Positions 1-13,100 of a DNA stretch of 64,000 nt are shown piece by piece; position 1 is the first letter of the stretch; the number at the start of each line of letters is the position of its first letter. Made by a program: the position numbers and the translations under genes. Source of the stretch: Catajapyx aquilonaris (Eukaryota); the NCBI GenBank assembly GCA_000934665.2, contig JYFJ02001358.1, positions 1 to 64,000 on the forward strand, written 5' to 3'. The notes under the pieces were generated by a model that saw only the letters and a list, made by a program, of their open reading frames with translations, searched no databases and had not been told where the DNA came from.

Positions 1-411
1 GAATCTGAACCAGGCTCCTGCGGCGCTCTCCACCATGAGCAGCGTGGTGGCTTCCATGACCAGCCCGGTCTCCTCCATGACCTCCCTGGCCACTGCGTCC
101 TGCACGCTCTCCCCGGCCTCCATCCGCCCGGCTGGGAGGTACCACTGCCCAGCGCAGTTGCTCTTGGCCTCCTGCATCATGAGGACCTCCCCTTCCTCGT
201 TGATGAGCACTGCGGCCACCACGTAGCATACCGTCTGCTTGACCAGCGGGACGTACTCCTGCTGGGTGCTGCTGGAGGAGGCTCCGACGGCCATACCCTT
301 GGCGGCCGCAGCCTCGTTCTGCTGCTGGACCGTGAAGTCGCAGAGTGTCTGCGCCTCCTCCAGCGCCTCCCCGTCCAGCGCCAGACGGACGTTCGACTCT
401 ATGCTGTCCAT
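1..411 (-). CDS. NUDT18: Nudix hydrolase, 8-oxo-dGDP phosphatase NUDT18-like (5' part; runs off the window start)
   Basis: Hand translation (not in the ORF track): MDSIESNVRLALDGE...VCYVVAAVLINEEGEVLMMQEAKSNCAGQWYLPAGRMEAGESVQDAVAREVMEETGL...WFRF. It contains a Nudix box and the NUDT18-type MMQEAK..C.G.WYLPAG motif. Confidence 0.88.
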   Translation of the reverse strand, partial: MDSIESNVRLALDGEALEEAQTLCDFTVQQQNEAAAAKGMAVGASSSSTQQEYVPLVKQTVCYVVAAVLINEEGEVLMMQEAKSNCAGQWYLPAGRMEAGESVQDAVAREVMEETGLVMEATTLLMVESAAGAWFRF

Positions 412-508
412 CCCTGAGGCTGCATCGGCCCACTGGAGACGACTAGAGAAGAAAGAAGCGATGGGATGAACGCAGGTTGATTCAAGCAGGTCCGCATTCC
501 TTTCCGGG

Positions 509-641
509 TGACGTCACGACCCGCCCTGCTTAACGCTGCTTACTAATGACACTCGCTGCTGTCGTAGCCGCTCAGTCGCTTTCGGCCAGTGACGTCGCAG
601 TGATGTCACCGTTGTGACGTCACCAGTTGGAGAAGTCCAAG

Positions 642-650
<9 letters not shown>
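509..650. promoter_or_regulatory. Bidirectional NUDT18/NDUFV1 promoter with CRE-like and YY1-like motifs
   Basis: The head-to-head ATGs are about 230 bp apart. TGACGTCA occurs at 509-516 and 615-622, with variants at 590-597 and 601-608. CCAAGATGGCGG overlaps the NDUFV1 ATG. Confidence 0.55.
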
Positions 651-2612
<1,962 letters not shown>

Positions 2613-2801
2613 TCATCGTGCGTAATGAAGCTGAGTTTCCGGCCTTCCCTCATTTGTTCATACCAGAGGCGGCTGTAGATTTTTGTCTATATTATTTTCC
2701 TGGCCCACCCTTCCCCCGTGGGCCAAAATATGAAACAAAAATCCCAAGTCAAAAAAACCAGTAGTTTTAATCTGAATTGTGGACGGACAGTTGGGGATGG
2801 G

Positions 2802-5800
2802 TCATAGGAACGGGTACGCCTTTTGACCCGGCATGCTGTGGCCACCTCCCCCCAACCAGTAGTAGAGCGGGGAAGCGGCTGTTGGCGGGATGGCTGCGGA
2901 GGACCTGTTGAGGGCGTTCTGCAGCTCCTCCACCTTCATCTTCATGTGTTCCTCTTCCAAATGTTTGCCTGTTGGATGATAATAAAAAGAGAGGTGGCCA
3001 ATAATTACACAGCTGACCGTGTGTCTATGTATGTAACGCATCCCGGAACTAACCTTGGAGGGCGGTTTCAAGCCGTTGGACGTCCATGGTCCTCTTTGAC
3101 TTCTCAAACTGCACCTGCTCTTTCAGGCGTTTCTCAGCCTCCCAGTGCATCTGGTCCAGCTTGATCTGCTTCTCCGCCCGAAGGTGCAGCTCTCGGTTGA
3201 TCTCCTCCAGCCGCCTGTTGAGCTGCTCTTGCGCCACGGCCAGCGCCTCCCTCTTCCCTTCCTCCAGCCTGGCCTGCAGGCTGTCCTCCGCCTGCTTCCA
3301 CCTCATTTGCACTTCCTCCTGAAGCGCTCCAACCTCCCGCTGCAGATGCCTGCTCAGTTCCCGTGCGTCTGACAGCTCCTTCACCTGCGACCGAGCCTTC
3401 CTCAGCTGCCGGTCCACCTCGTGCGCTGCGTCCTGCAGCGATTTGATCTGGGCGCTCAGTTCGTCGTTCCTGCGGCGGGTCTCCTGCAGCTCCTGCAACC
3501 CTGCGTCTGACAAGTACTGCCTCCTGGCATCCTCCAGCTCCTCCTGCAGTGCGGCCCGCTCATCTCCAGCTCTGCAGACTGCCTCCCTGCAGGCCAGCGC
3601 CTCCTCCTTCATGCGCTTTGCATCGTCCTTCGCTTCCTGCAGCCGTGCGGCCGCCTTGTCCGACTCCGCCCTGGTCCTCTCCTCCGCCTCCTGCAGTGTC
3701 TCCTGCAGGCGCTTCTGCGACTCCGCCTCCTTGTCCCTGGCCTCCTGCAGCTGTCGACCGAGTCCCCTGCTCTCCCTCCTGGCTTCCAGCAGTTCCGATT
3801 GTAGAGCCTGAAGCTGCGACCGCATCTCCTCTTCCCGCCTCTCCGTTTCCATGCGCTCGTCTGCCATCTGCGCTCCCAACGCCTCGATTGCGTGTGCCGC
3901 GCTTTGCTTTTGCCTCTGCAGCGCGTCCTTGTTCCCTTCCTGTAGCCGGCCCTGCAGGGCAGCCGCTTCCTTTTCCAGCCGCAGTTCCTCCACTTTCGAT
4001 TGCAGCGAAACCGCCGCTTCCTTTTCCCGCTGCACATCTCGCTCCAGTGCCTCCACTCGGCTGGCCAGTGCGGCCTCCCTTCCCTGGCTGTCCTGCAGTT
4101 GTCGCTGCAGGGCTTCCGTCTCCTCCGTTCTCAGCCTCTCCTTGCCCTCCAACCGCTGGGCCTCGGTGCTCATGTCCTGCAGCTTCCCCTGCAGTTCCCT
4201 GATCTGCCTGGAAGCCGCCTCTTCCCTCTCGTCCCTCACCCGCTCCTCCTCATCCCACCGCTCCTGCTCCTCCTGCAGCTGCTGCAGCAGGGACTTGTTC
4301 TCCTCGACCTGCATCTGCAGCTGCCTGGCCTGCATCTGCGCCTCCATCCTTCCCGCCCTGTCCTCCTCCTGCGTCTGCTCCCTGGACGCGAGCTGCTCCT
4401 TCAGCCTGGAGTTCAACGCCTCCAGCGCCTTCCTCACCTCCGTCTCCTCCCGCAGACTCAGCTGGAGGGTCCTCTCCTTGCCCTGCAGATCCACCACCTC
4501 CAGCTCCAGTGACGAGCACTTCCTCTGCCGTTCCTCCAGCTGCTCCTCCATGTGTTGCATCTCCACCTGGAAAGCGCATTCCTTTAGCATGGAACGGCAT
4601 GGACGAATGAGCCGCACTGACCTGTGCCGACCGGAGAGCGGCCTCCATTCCGATCCTCCTTCCGTTGGCCTTCTCCAACTTGCAGCGGAGGTCGCATATC
4701 TCCTGCTGCAACTGGCTGACCTGCCCCACGCCACCTGGGGTCATGACCACCGCCTGCTGCTCCTCGGCCTCCTCCTCATCGCTGCTAAGTTCCCCGATGC
4801 CTGTCGCAGGCGGGCCAATCCCTTGCACCATCCTGCGCATGTAACAAGAAAAATTAGTGACAAATGACGTGAACAATTACCCAACATTATCCGGTTGAAT
4901 TCACTTAGTTTACTTGAACGGTACAGCAGGATGAAGCTGCATGGACCAATCATATTTGCTCAGTTTTTCTGTCGACACTGGGCTGTTTGTGCAGTTTCCA
5001 TGGAAGTGGTAGTTTTTTTTTTGGTCTAAACATCTGCAAAACCTTTTTTTTTTCTAATCTCCGGTGCTATATTCTGAATTTTTGTGAAAATGGAGCAGCA
5101 GTCGGCAGAGAGTGTTGCGGATTCTGAGAATCAGGAAGTTGACCAGTCGGAGGTGGCATCGGTGGAATCGCCCGGGTCGGGTCCGGGGTCAAAGCCTGAA
5201 TCCTCGGTGGCTTCCACCAAATCTTCCAAAACTAAGTCCATTAAATCAACCGGGAGTACTTGGTCTAAGAAGAAGAGACAAGTGTCGATTCCCCCTCTCA
5301 TTGACGAATACGCAATGCATCGTAAGAGGGTAAGTACGCATTCCATTTTAAGAGTTTTGTTAGGCGTTTATCTGTCTCTCTGCTTCAGTTGACTGAAATT
5401 CAAGCAGTAGTGGACACCAAGCCTGTCAAGGTGGACGTGAACAGCGTGGCTGGAGTGAGAGCAGTCGTGACGGAGCAGGGCAACTTGCAGCGTCTACACT
5501 TCATGAACAGACGACTTCTGGAGAGCATCGCGTTCATATTCCGCACACACGTACGTTCGCATTGTGGGTATGCCTTTTGACGCCGACTCTATCTCTGTGA
5601 TCTTCCTGTGCAGGGTATCGTGAACTGCCATCTAGACCTGGTTGGTCCGCACAACAAGAACTACAGGACGGAGGCCGAGCAGGCCAGGCTCTCCAGAATT
5701 GCCCGGGACAACCAGGCGATGCTGCATATGATCAGGAGTACAGTAAGTTTTCCGCTTGCAGACTAATGCATGTGCTACAAGGAGGTTCCAACTTTCAGAA

Positions 5801-8800
5801 GGGAAAGTACAGCTGCAAGGAATGGAGCCAGGATTGGAACGAGGCAGTGAAGATCATGCGATACTCCAGCAGCTATCCGCTGTGGTGGGAGCAAGAGCAG
5901 GCGGACCGGGAGGAGGAAAGGCAGCGGATGCTCAACGCCCTCACGCCCATCCCGTCACTCCCGGCCATGGATACGAGGAGGAAAGCAAGCGTTTGGAGCG
6001 AGATCAGCCTCGCCAGCAAGGCCAGCGGGACCAGTGAGACCAACCTGCACGCCAAATCCAGTAAGGGCAGGGCACCCAGCAAGCAGAGCCTCTCCAGTCC
6101 GAGTAGCAGCGACAGTGTTTCCAGCGAGATTGGCGAGTTCCCCAGCCGGAGTAGCGTCATACCCGAGAGCATAAAGAAGTGGAGGGCCTTCCTGGACTTT
6201 GAATGCGTCAGGGGACATAACGTGGAAAAGTTGGGACGCGTCGTTGTGCAGCTCAGGCCAGACGTTGTTCCGGTTGCATGCCGCAACTTCATGGCTCTGT
6301 GCCGCCGGACGGATGGCGGCTACAGAGGCACCTACCTGGACAGGATTGTCGCGGGGGTGTTGGCGCAGGGAGGACACACCGTAGCGTCCGGGACTGGCTG
6401 CGGGGAGTCTGCATTTGGACGCCCCTTCCAGGACGAGAATTTCCTGCTGCTGCATGACTCTCCGGGAACTCTCTCCAGCTCCTCATGCACTCCGGACTCC
6501 AATGGGGCCGGTTTCATCCTGACCCTCGTCCCGCTTCCAACACTGGACGGTCATCACGTCGTGTTTGGCAAGGTGCTTTTAAATCCGTTGAGAATGTCTA
6601 TTGAAACTGAACCGTCCGCGTTATTTCAAGGTGGTGGCCGGGTTGCATGTTGCTGGTCGATTGTCTGAATACGGAAGTGCGAGCGGTAAACCTGCCAGGC
6701 CGGTCAGAATCAGCGACTGCGGGATGTTTGAAGGGGAGCTTGAGGATGCGGAGCGAGAAGGAAGAGGCGAGTCGGCGGCCGTCCCGCCTTCCAGGGCCTG
6801 GAGGAAGGATATGCTGGACAGGCGGCAGCGCCTGCTCAGCAAAGAGAAGGACGTCCCCTGGCAGTGCAACCACAGCCGGGGGGGCCGTCCGGGCAAGTCG
6901 CCACAGGCCACACCTGCGAGCCAGCACATCCGCATGATTGTCAAGGAGACCAAGTCCTGCTCTCGGCATAAGTGTAGCATCAAGAAAAAGGTATGGACGC
7001 CTATTTGGACTGGATGGGCACACATTTTTTTTCCCCTGCAATTTTTCCAGGGCAGCTGCAGTTGCTGCAAGCTGCAATTGTGCAAGCTGCAGATGAGGGA
7101 GCTGCATCGGCAACAGCAGCTGGAGCAAGAGCGGCAACAGCATGAGCTGGATAAAGCGTCTGTGCAGGCCCTGTACTCGCAAGACCCAAGCCTGCAAGTG
7201 TCCCCTGCGTCATCCGTTGACGAGATTGACAATTCGAGAACTCCGAGTCCCTTAGCGCTCACTCCGGATGTACTGGTCATTCACGATGCGGAGGATGCAA
7301 GACCTCCTAGTCCCTTAGGGCTCGTTCCAGACGGCGAACTGGTCATTGACGATGAGGAGGATGCGAGAAGTCCAAGTAGCTAAGTGCTCACTCCAAACAA
7401 AGGTGAACTGACCACGAAAGAATTTGCGAAGGGAGAATAAATTTTGGGCGCCAAGTCCATACATGGAATTAGCGGTGAACGCTGCAGAAAAATGCTTTCA
7501 AGACTAACCTTTGCATTTGCCCTGCGGACAAGTCGTGATCGGAGAGGCTGTAGCTGGAGGCAGTGTTGCTTGACGTAGGCCGGAGCTTCACTGCGGCTGG
7601 GACTATCTGCAGGCTGCTCTTGCGGGGAGGTGTTGCCATTAGCGCCTGCTTCCCTGCAGGGGTCGCGGGTAAGGACGAGCTGTTCCGGTGGCTTGCGACT
7701 GGCGGCACGGCCTGGTGGGGCGTCTTCCTTGGGGTCGTTTGCGGGGTTGACTTGAGCGGGGAGGGTCGCCTTGATCTCGGAGGTGGAAGTACAGCCTCAT
7801 GTTCAGTCGCAGGTGGAAGAATAGCCTCCTGTTCAGTCGGAGGTGGAAGAACAGCCTCGTGTTCAGTCGGCGGTGGCATTTCGACTTGTGGGTTGGACTC
7901 CCATATCTCGTCCATGTCTTTCAGGGTCCCCTCTCGTCCCATGGTGCCCCCGCTGGTGCCAGTTTTGGGGGATCCTGCAGGGGAGCCCGGGTCCAGCTGA
8001 GGCGGAAGCACTACCTGCACCTCCTCGTCGCCTGACACATCCGAGTCAGACCAGTCGTCCGGTTGCTGCTCATCCGCCTGAACCTTGTTTGTGACCATTT
8101 CCGCCTGGTCGTTGGCGGTTGGCTGGGTCACTTTCATTTCCTCGTCAGAATCGTACAGATGGAAAACGGCATTGAGCTTACGAAGCGGCCGCTTTGGCTG
8201 CTTCACCACCAGGTCGGTTAGGCTGTCGTCGCCCCAGCTGTCGTCGTCGTCGTCGTCAGGCACTGCTGGAGGCGGGTTGGAAGGCCGTCGCATGGTTGCG
8301 CTCACTGGCTTCTTTGGGAAGGGTAGTACGTCCTGGTCCTTGTTGGAGGGCAGGCTCTGCATGTATTTGACGACCTCGGCATGCCCCATTTCCTTTGCCA
8401 TGTCCAGCGCATCCCTTCCCTGCTCGTTCTTGGACAGATGCTTGGCGCCAAAGTCAAGGAGCAGCTGCACCATGTCCAGCCTTCCCTTAGATGCGGCCAC
8501 CATGAGCGGAGTGGTCCCGGCCTTGTTGGGGCAGTGAGCCTGCGCCCCTTGCTGCAGGAGGGCTTCCATGAGCGGCCAGCTCCCCTGCAGGACGGACATG
8601 TGCAGCCCCGTGTCTCCCTTCCCGTCGTGCAGATCCACATCCGCTCTGGTGCGGACCAGCAGGGTGCCCAGCTCGGAGTGGCCTCTGGCAGCAGCCACGT
8701 GGAGCGGAGTGCTGCCTGCGGAGTCCCTGCAGTTGACGTCGCTGTGGTTCAGAAGGATCCGAGCCGCCTCCATGTTGCCACTGCATGCTGCCTGATGAGA

Positions 8801-9211
8801 TGTAATGTATGTATGTATACAGGTGTGTATTGCATGTATAGTACGTACCACGTGCAAGGGTGTGCGGCCCTCCTTGTCCCTGACTGCGGCTGAGGCCCCC
8901 CTCTCCAGCATTGCGGCCAGGAGACCGGTGGCCGCCTGGCGTCCCCTGGTGGCAGCGGCGCACAGGTGCAGCGGCGTGGTCTGCCCCTGGAGCTGCTCCG
9001 CCTCGGGGCCGCCCCCGACGGACGAGACCAGCCTGAGCGCCTTGTCCCACTGGCCAGCCTCGCAGGCCCCCAGCAGCTTCTGGTAGGCTGCTCCAGCCGA
9101 CGGCCCCACCACCTCATCCTCCTCCTTATTGTTATTATGCTTGTTGTTATTATTACTATTCCTCCCGCCCTGCTTCCCTCTGCTGACCAGTCCCACCAGC
9201 GCCTTCTTCAT
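2802..9211 (-). CDS. Ankyrin-repeat plus long coiled-coil protein, ANKRD26-like (about 1178 aa; exons 9211-8849, 8791-7509, 4832-4622, 4566-3054, 2968-2802)
   Basis: MKK start, ankyrin repeats (TPLHLCAA, RTPLHVAAC, STPLHVAAARG, DTGLHMSV, TTPLMVAASKG), an acidic/Pro linker and a ~500 aa coiled coil. The donor AG|GTTAGT at 7508 joins the acceptor cag|G at 4833 in frame. The C-terminal LNRRLEEINRELHLRA resembles the recalled ANKRD26 coiled-coil segment. Confidence 0.7.
4994..5007. promoter_or_regulatory. RFX X-box-like palindrome upstream of the CFAP97/cyclophilin gene
   Basis: GTTTCCATGGAAGT versus consensus GTTNCCATGGNAAC, about 85 bp upstream of the ATG at 5090. Confidence 0.5.
5090..7383 (+). 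CDS. CFAP97/KIAA1430-like domain fused to a degenerate cyclophilin domain (about 665 aa; exons 5090-5329, 5389-5550, 5614-5742, 5799-6572, 6631-6990, 7051-7383)
   Basis: The spliced N-terminus HRKRLTEIQAVVDTKP...NRRLLESIAFIFRTHG...RLSRIARDNQAML...YSCKEWSQDW...YP matches the recalled CFAP97D pattern. Cyclophilin motifs: VPVACRNFMALC, YRGTYLDRIV..LAQGG, FQDENF, LDGHHVVFGKV, ISDCG. Confidence 0.8.
7780..7878 (-). repeat. Coding 30-bp tandem repeat (PPPTEHEAVL x3 plus a partial copy)
   Basis: PPPTEHEAVL-PPPTEQEAIL-PPATEHEAVL-PPP in the ankyrin gene linker. Confidence 0.85.
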
Positions 9212-9336
9212 TCCCCCCGATCGACCCTTGTGGCCAGCCAACAATGCCCTCTTCTCCTCCTTTGAATAATGAAAACGGAAGCCGTTCGATCCTGTCCCGC
9301 TTCCGTTTTCAAATATCGATTGTTGGAGGGGGCGGG

Positions 9337-9403
9337 GTCACGTGACTCGTTGGCCGGTCACGTGACATAAACAAATCGAACACGTGACGTCACGCGGCAC
9401 GTG
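9337..9403. promoter_or_regulatory. E-box cluster upstream of the ANKRD26-like gene
   Basis: GTCACGTGAC at 9337-9346 and 9357-9366, CACGTG at 9381 and 9398, TGACGTCA at 9385-9392. Confidence 0.5.
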
Positions 9404-9682
9404 CTGTTCCATTCTTTCTCCACGGGTAAATACATTCCCCATTAATTATAATTACGATAATATTTTTTAAAGTGAAATATATTTAAAGTCAACTCCCACT
9501 TACCGGATACACACGTACAGCCCGACGGAGCATCGTCGTGTAGTATTTTTCTTTCGTAACCCTGCGGGCATTTTCTTCACATTCAAGGTAATTGGAAGTA
9601 CACCGCGTATTGTTATTAATGCATGCGTATAATAACAATATTTTCTTTTTAAAAAAGGGGAAGATGGGATGGGGAGTTTGAC

Positions 9683-9686
<4 letters not shown>

Positions 9687-9743
<57 letters not shown>
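9687..9743. repeat. (AG)n microsatellite
   Basis: About 28 perfect AG units. Confidence 0.95.
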
Positions 9744-9747
<4 letters not shown>

Positions 9748-10041
9748 CAAGTAAACAATGTAGGCAATGTGAAAAGCTACCTTTCTTTTTTTTTCTTCTT
9801 TCGCGTGTGGTGGCACCCCCGGTATATGTACACAGTAAACGAGACAGAAATTGGGAGAGAGACATATCAATAGAGAGAGAGAGAGAGAAACAATAATAAT
9901 GAGAGAGAGAGAGACACACTCGCACATATGTGGAAACGATAAAAACAATATTTGTCACGCACTCGTTGGTGATTTCTGTCGCCTTTTCTTTTCTTTTTTT
10001 TTTACATCATCATCATCATCATCATCAGTAACAATGGGCAG

Positions 10042-10074
<33 letters not shown>

Positions 10075-10159
10075 CACAAAAATTTACAGACTTATATAAT
10101 ATTTTTTTTCGCAATGGATATTACATTTTGTATAGTGTGCTTCTGGGATATGTATCTCA

Positions 10160-13100
10160 TCAGGCGGCCTTGGCATGCGCTGGCTGCGCTGTGGCCATCG
10201 CCTGAGACTGCTGCTTCCGGAAGCAGAAGAGGAGGAAGATGGTGTAGAGGACGAAGGTCAGGGAGATGGCTCCCAGGGCGTACATGAACAGGTTCAGCTC
10301 GGGATGCTTGAACCGGTTCTTCTGGAGCCAATCCAGGACCTCCTCCTCCTTCATCAGGTTGCCTGCAAATAATAAATCCAGCAGCAGTGCAAAAAAAATG
10401 AATGTCTCAATAAAAGGTCAACGACCCCCCACCCACCTCTGTAGATGCTGGGGAACTTCCTCCTGAAGTAGAGCAGGGCCGGGAGCTTGTTGACCCCGTA
10501 CTTCCTGGCGTACTTGATGTCCCTTATCTTCACAAAGGTGATGTCCAGGGCGTCCGTCTCGCTGTCGATGTGCTCCAGTTCCTCCAGGATCTCGTCGCAC
10601 TGGTCGCAGTTAGTCTCGTCTGCGGAACAGGAAGGTCATCAACCACAGGTCATGAAGGGTCCAAACAACAGCAATCATTACAGAAGTAGACGGCGACAAA
10701 GTCATTTTCGTCGAGCAGCTTGTCCAGCATCTTCCGGTTGACCTCCTCGATCTCGTCCTTCAGCTCGAAGACGTCCTGAGAGGTCAGCCAGGCCAGGAGG
10801 CTCTGCTCGTCCTCCAGGTCACCGTCGTACACCAGCGGAACCCTCCTCCTGAAGTAGGCCAGGGCCGGAAGCTGGATTATCCCGTAGTCTCTGGCCGCAT
10901 CCGCGTTGCTCACCTTCACAAAATTGATTCCTATAATAAAGAAGAATGATTTTCTGGTCGCCGAAGAAGCGGTGTGGACGTACCGTACATGTCCGCCTCG
11001 TCGTCAATCTTCTCCAGCTCTTCCAGGAGGTCCTCGCAATCCTCGCATTCGTCTTCATCGTCTGGAAATATAAGCGACGGCATTTTTGTATGTAACCAGT
11101 GCTGTACAGCAGGCATTGTTGTCTTACAGAAGAAGACAGCGAGGAACGGAGATTCGTCCAAGAGCTTGTCCAGCATCCTGTCGTTGACCGCCTCGATCTC
11201 GTCCGCCAGCTCGCGGTTCTCGTCGTCTGTCAGCCACTCCAGAACAGACGCCTCGTTCTTCAGGTCGCCTGAAACAATAATGCGGGTCAGTCAGTCGAAT
11301 GGGCATTGCTGGATAATAATGATGCAACAGACCTTCGTAGATGAGCGGGTTTCCGTTCCTGAAGTACACCAGGGCAGGGAAGGTCTTGATGCCGTACCTC
11401 TTGGCCATCGGAGGGTCTGGGATCTTCACCATCTGGATGCCATACACGTCGCACTCGTCGTCGATCTTCTCCAGCTCCTCCAGGACCTGCTCGCACGCCC
11501 TGCACTGCTCCTTGTCTGCAACGATATGTACGTAATGTAATGTATACTGCACACGCTGCAATGGTGCACGACGTACAGAAGAAGACGGCCAGGTAGTGAA
11601 TCTCCTCGACCATCTGCTCCAGCATGGGCCTTGTGACCAGCTCAATCTGGTCCTCCGTCTTCTGCAGGATGAGCCACTGCAGCACGTCTTCCTCCGCCTG
11701 CAGCTCCCCTTCGTACATGTTGGGCACGCCGTGCTCGAAGTACACGATGGCCGGAAACTCCTTCACTCCAAACTCCTCAGCGAAGCTCAGGTCCTGCGTC
11801 TTCACAAAGTGGACTCCATGTCGATCCGCATCGTCGTCGATGTTCTCCAGGTCCTCCAGGATTCCAGTGCAAGTGGCACACTCCTGACGCTGGTCTGGAA
11901 AGGAGCCAGCAGGGAGTTCAGCTGATGTTGGACCGGGAACTGGGCTCAAATTGGGGGACCGGGAAAGACATGCCTCTGGCTGGAAAAACTTCAAAAATCA
12001 ACACTCCAGGAGTATACCAAGCACTGGGCTGTCCAGCACACTTTAAAAAGAGGGGGGTTTTATGTCACTAAACACATAGGAGCTACATGTCGCTCAACAC
12101 TGCAAAATAAACCCAAACTGCAAGCAAACTCTGCAGGCTACTGATTTCATAATGAGGGTGGGGTTGGGGGGGGGGGGAAGTACAGTTAATTGCATTGTGG
12201 TGTACATAGCAAAAGGGGGGGTGTCATCGTGTGTGATGATGTCCTACCCTCTTCCTCCTCAGTGAGTTCGGTGCCTTCTCTCATTCGACGCCGCTCTTCC
12301 CTCAAGCAGAAGTCACAAAAGGTCTTGTTCCCTGCAGCAAACCACAACGGTTTGCTCAACAGTGACCTTTGGATGACCTTGATATGGGACACACCGGGAT
12401 GTGTACTTACAGAAGTAGACGGCGACCGATTCGGTTGTTTCCACCAGCACCTTCAGCTCCTCTCCGTTGACCTCGTCGATCACATCCGAGTGGGGGTCCT
12501 TCTGGACCATCAGCCACTCCAACAGCCTGTTCTCGTCCTTCAGGTCGCCAGCGTAGATGACCGGCTCCTCCATGCCGGCCCTGAAGAAGAGGACCGCCGG
12601 AAGGGCAAACACACCAAACTGCTTGGACAGCTGGCGGTCATCCACTTTCACAAAGTCAATTCCAGCAGACTCGGCATCGTCGTCGATGTGCTCCAGCTCA
12701 ACCAGGACAGCCTCGCACTGCTTGCAATCCGTCTCGCTGTCTGGATATTTAATAGTCACTATAATAGACGCACTATCTGATGCCATAGCACTTAAAACTT
12801 ACAGAAGATGGCTGCCAGGTAGTCCGAACTCTCTCGGATCTTGTCGAACATCTTCCGGTTGACCTTCTCGATCGAGTCGGTCAGCTCCATGTTTTCAGGG
12901 TCGGTCAGCCACTCCAGGATCTCCTCGTCGTCCTGGACGTCCCCTTCGTACCGGACGGACTTGCCCTTTCTGAAGTAGACCATACCTGGAGGCTGTCTGG
13001 TGCCGAACTTCTTGGCGATCAGAGGGTCGTCCATCTTGGCCATCCGGATGCCGAACTCCAGCACCTCGGTGGCGATGATCTCCAGGTGACGGAGGGCTCT

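Noticed and set aside
3443..4867. Long plus-strand Ser/Cys-rich ORFs (e.g. 3851..4867)
   Set aside because: Antisense shadows of the Glu/Gln-rich coiled-coil exon. The same applies to shadow ORFs over the thioredoxin, ARMC2 and bves exons.
7469..7508. Stop of the 591-aa ankyrin ORF as the true C-terminus
   Set aside because: A good donor at 7508 joins downstream exons in frame. The ORF also reads through a 57-nt in-frame intron (8792-8848).
9489..9958. ORFs with SLSLSL/RERERE runs
   Set aside because: Translations of the AG microsatellite in a probable 3' UTR.
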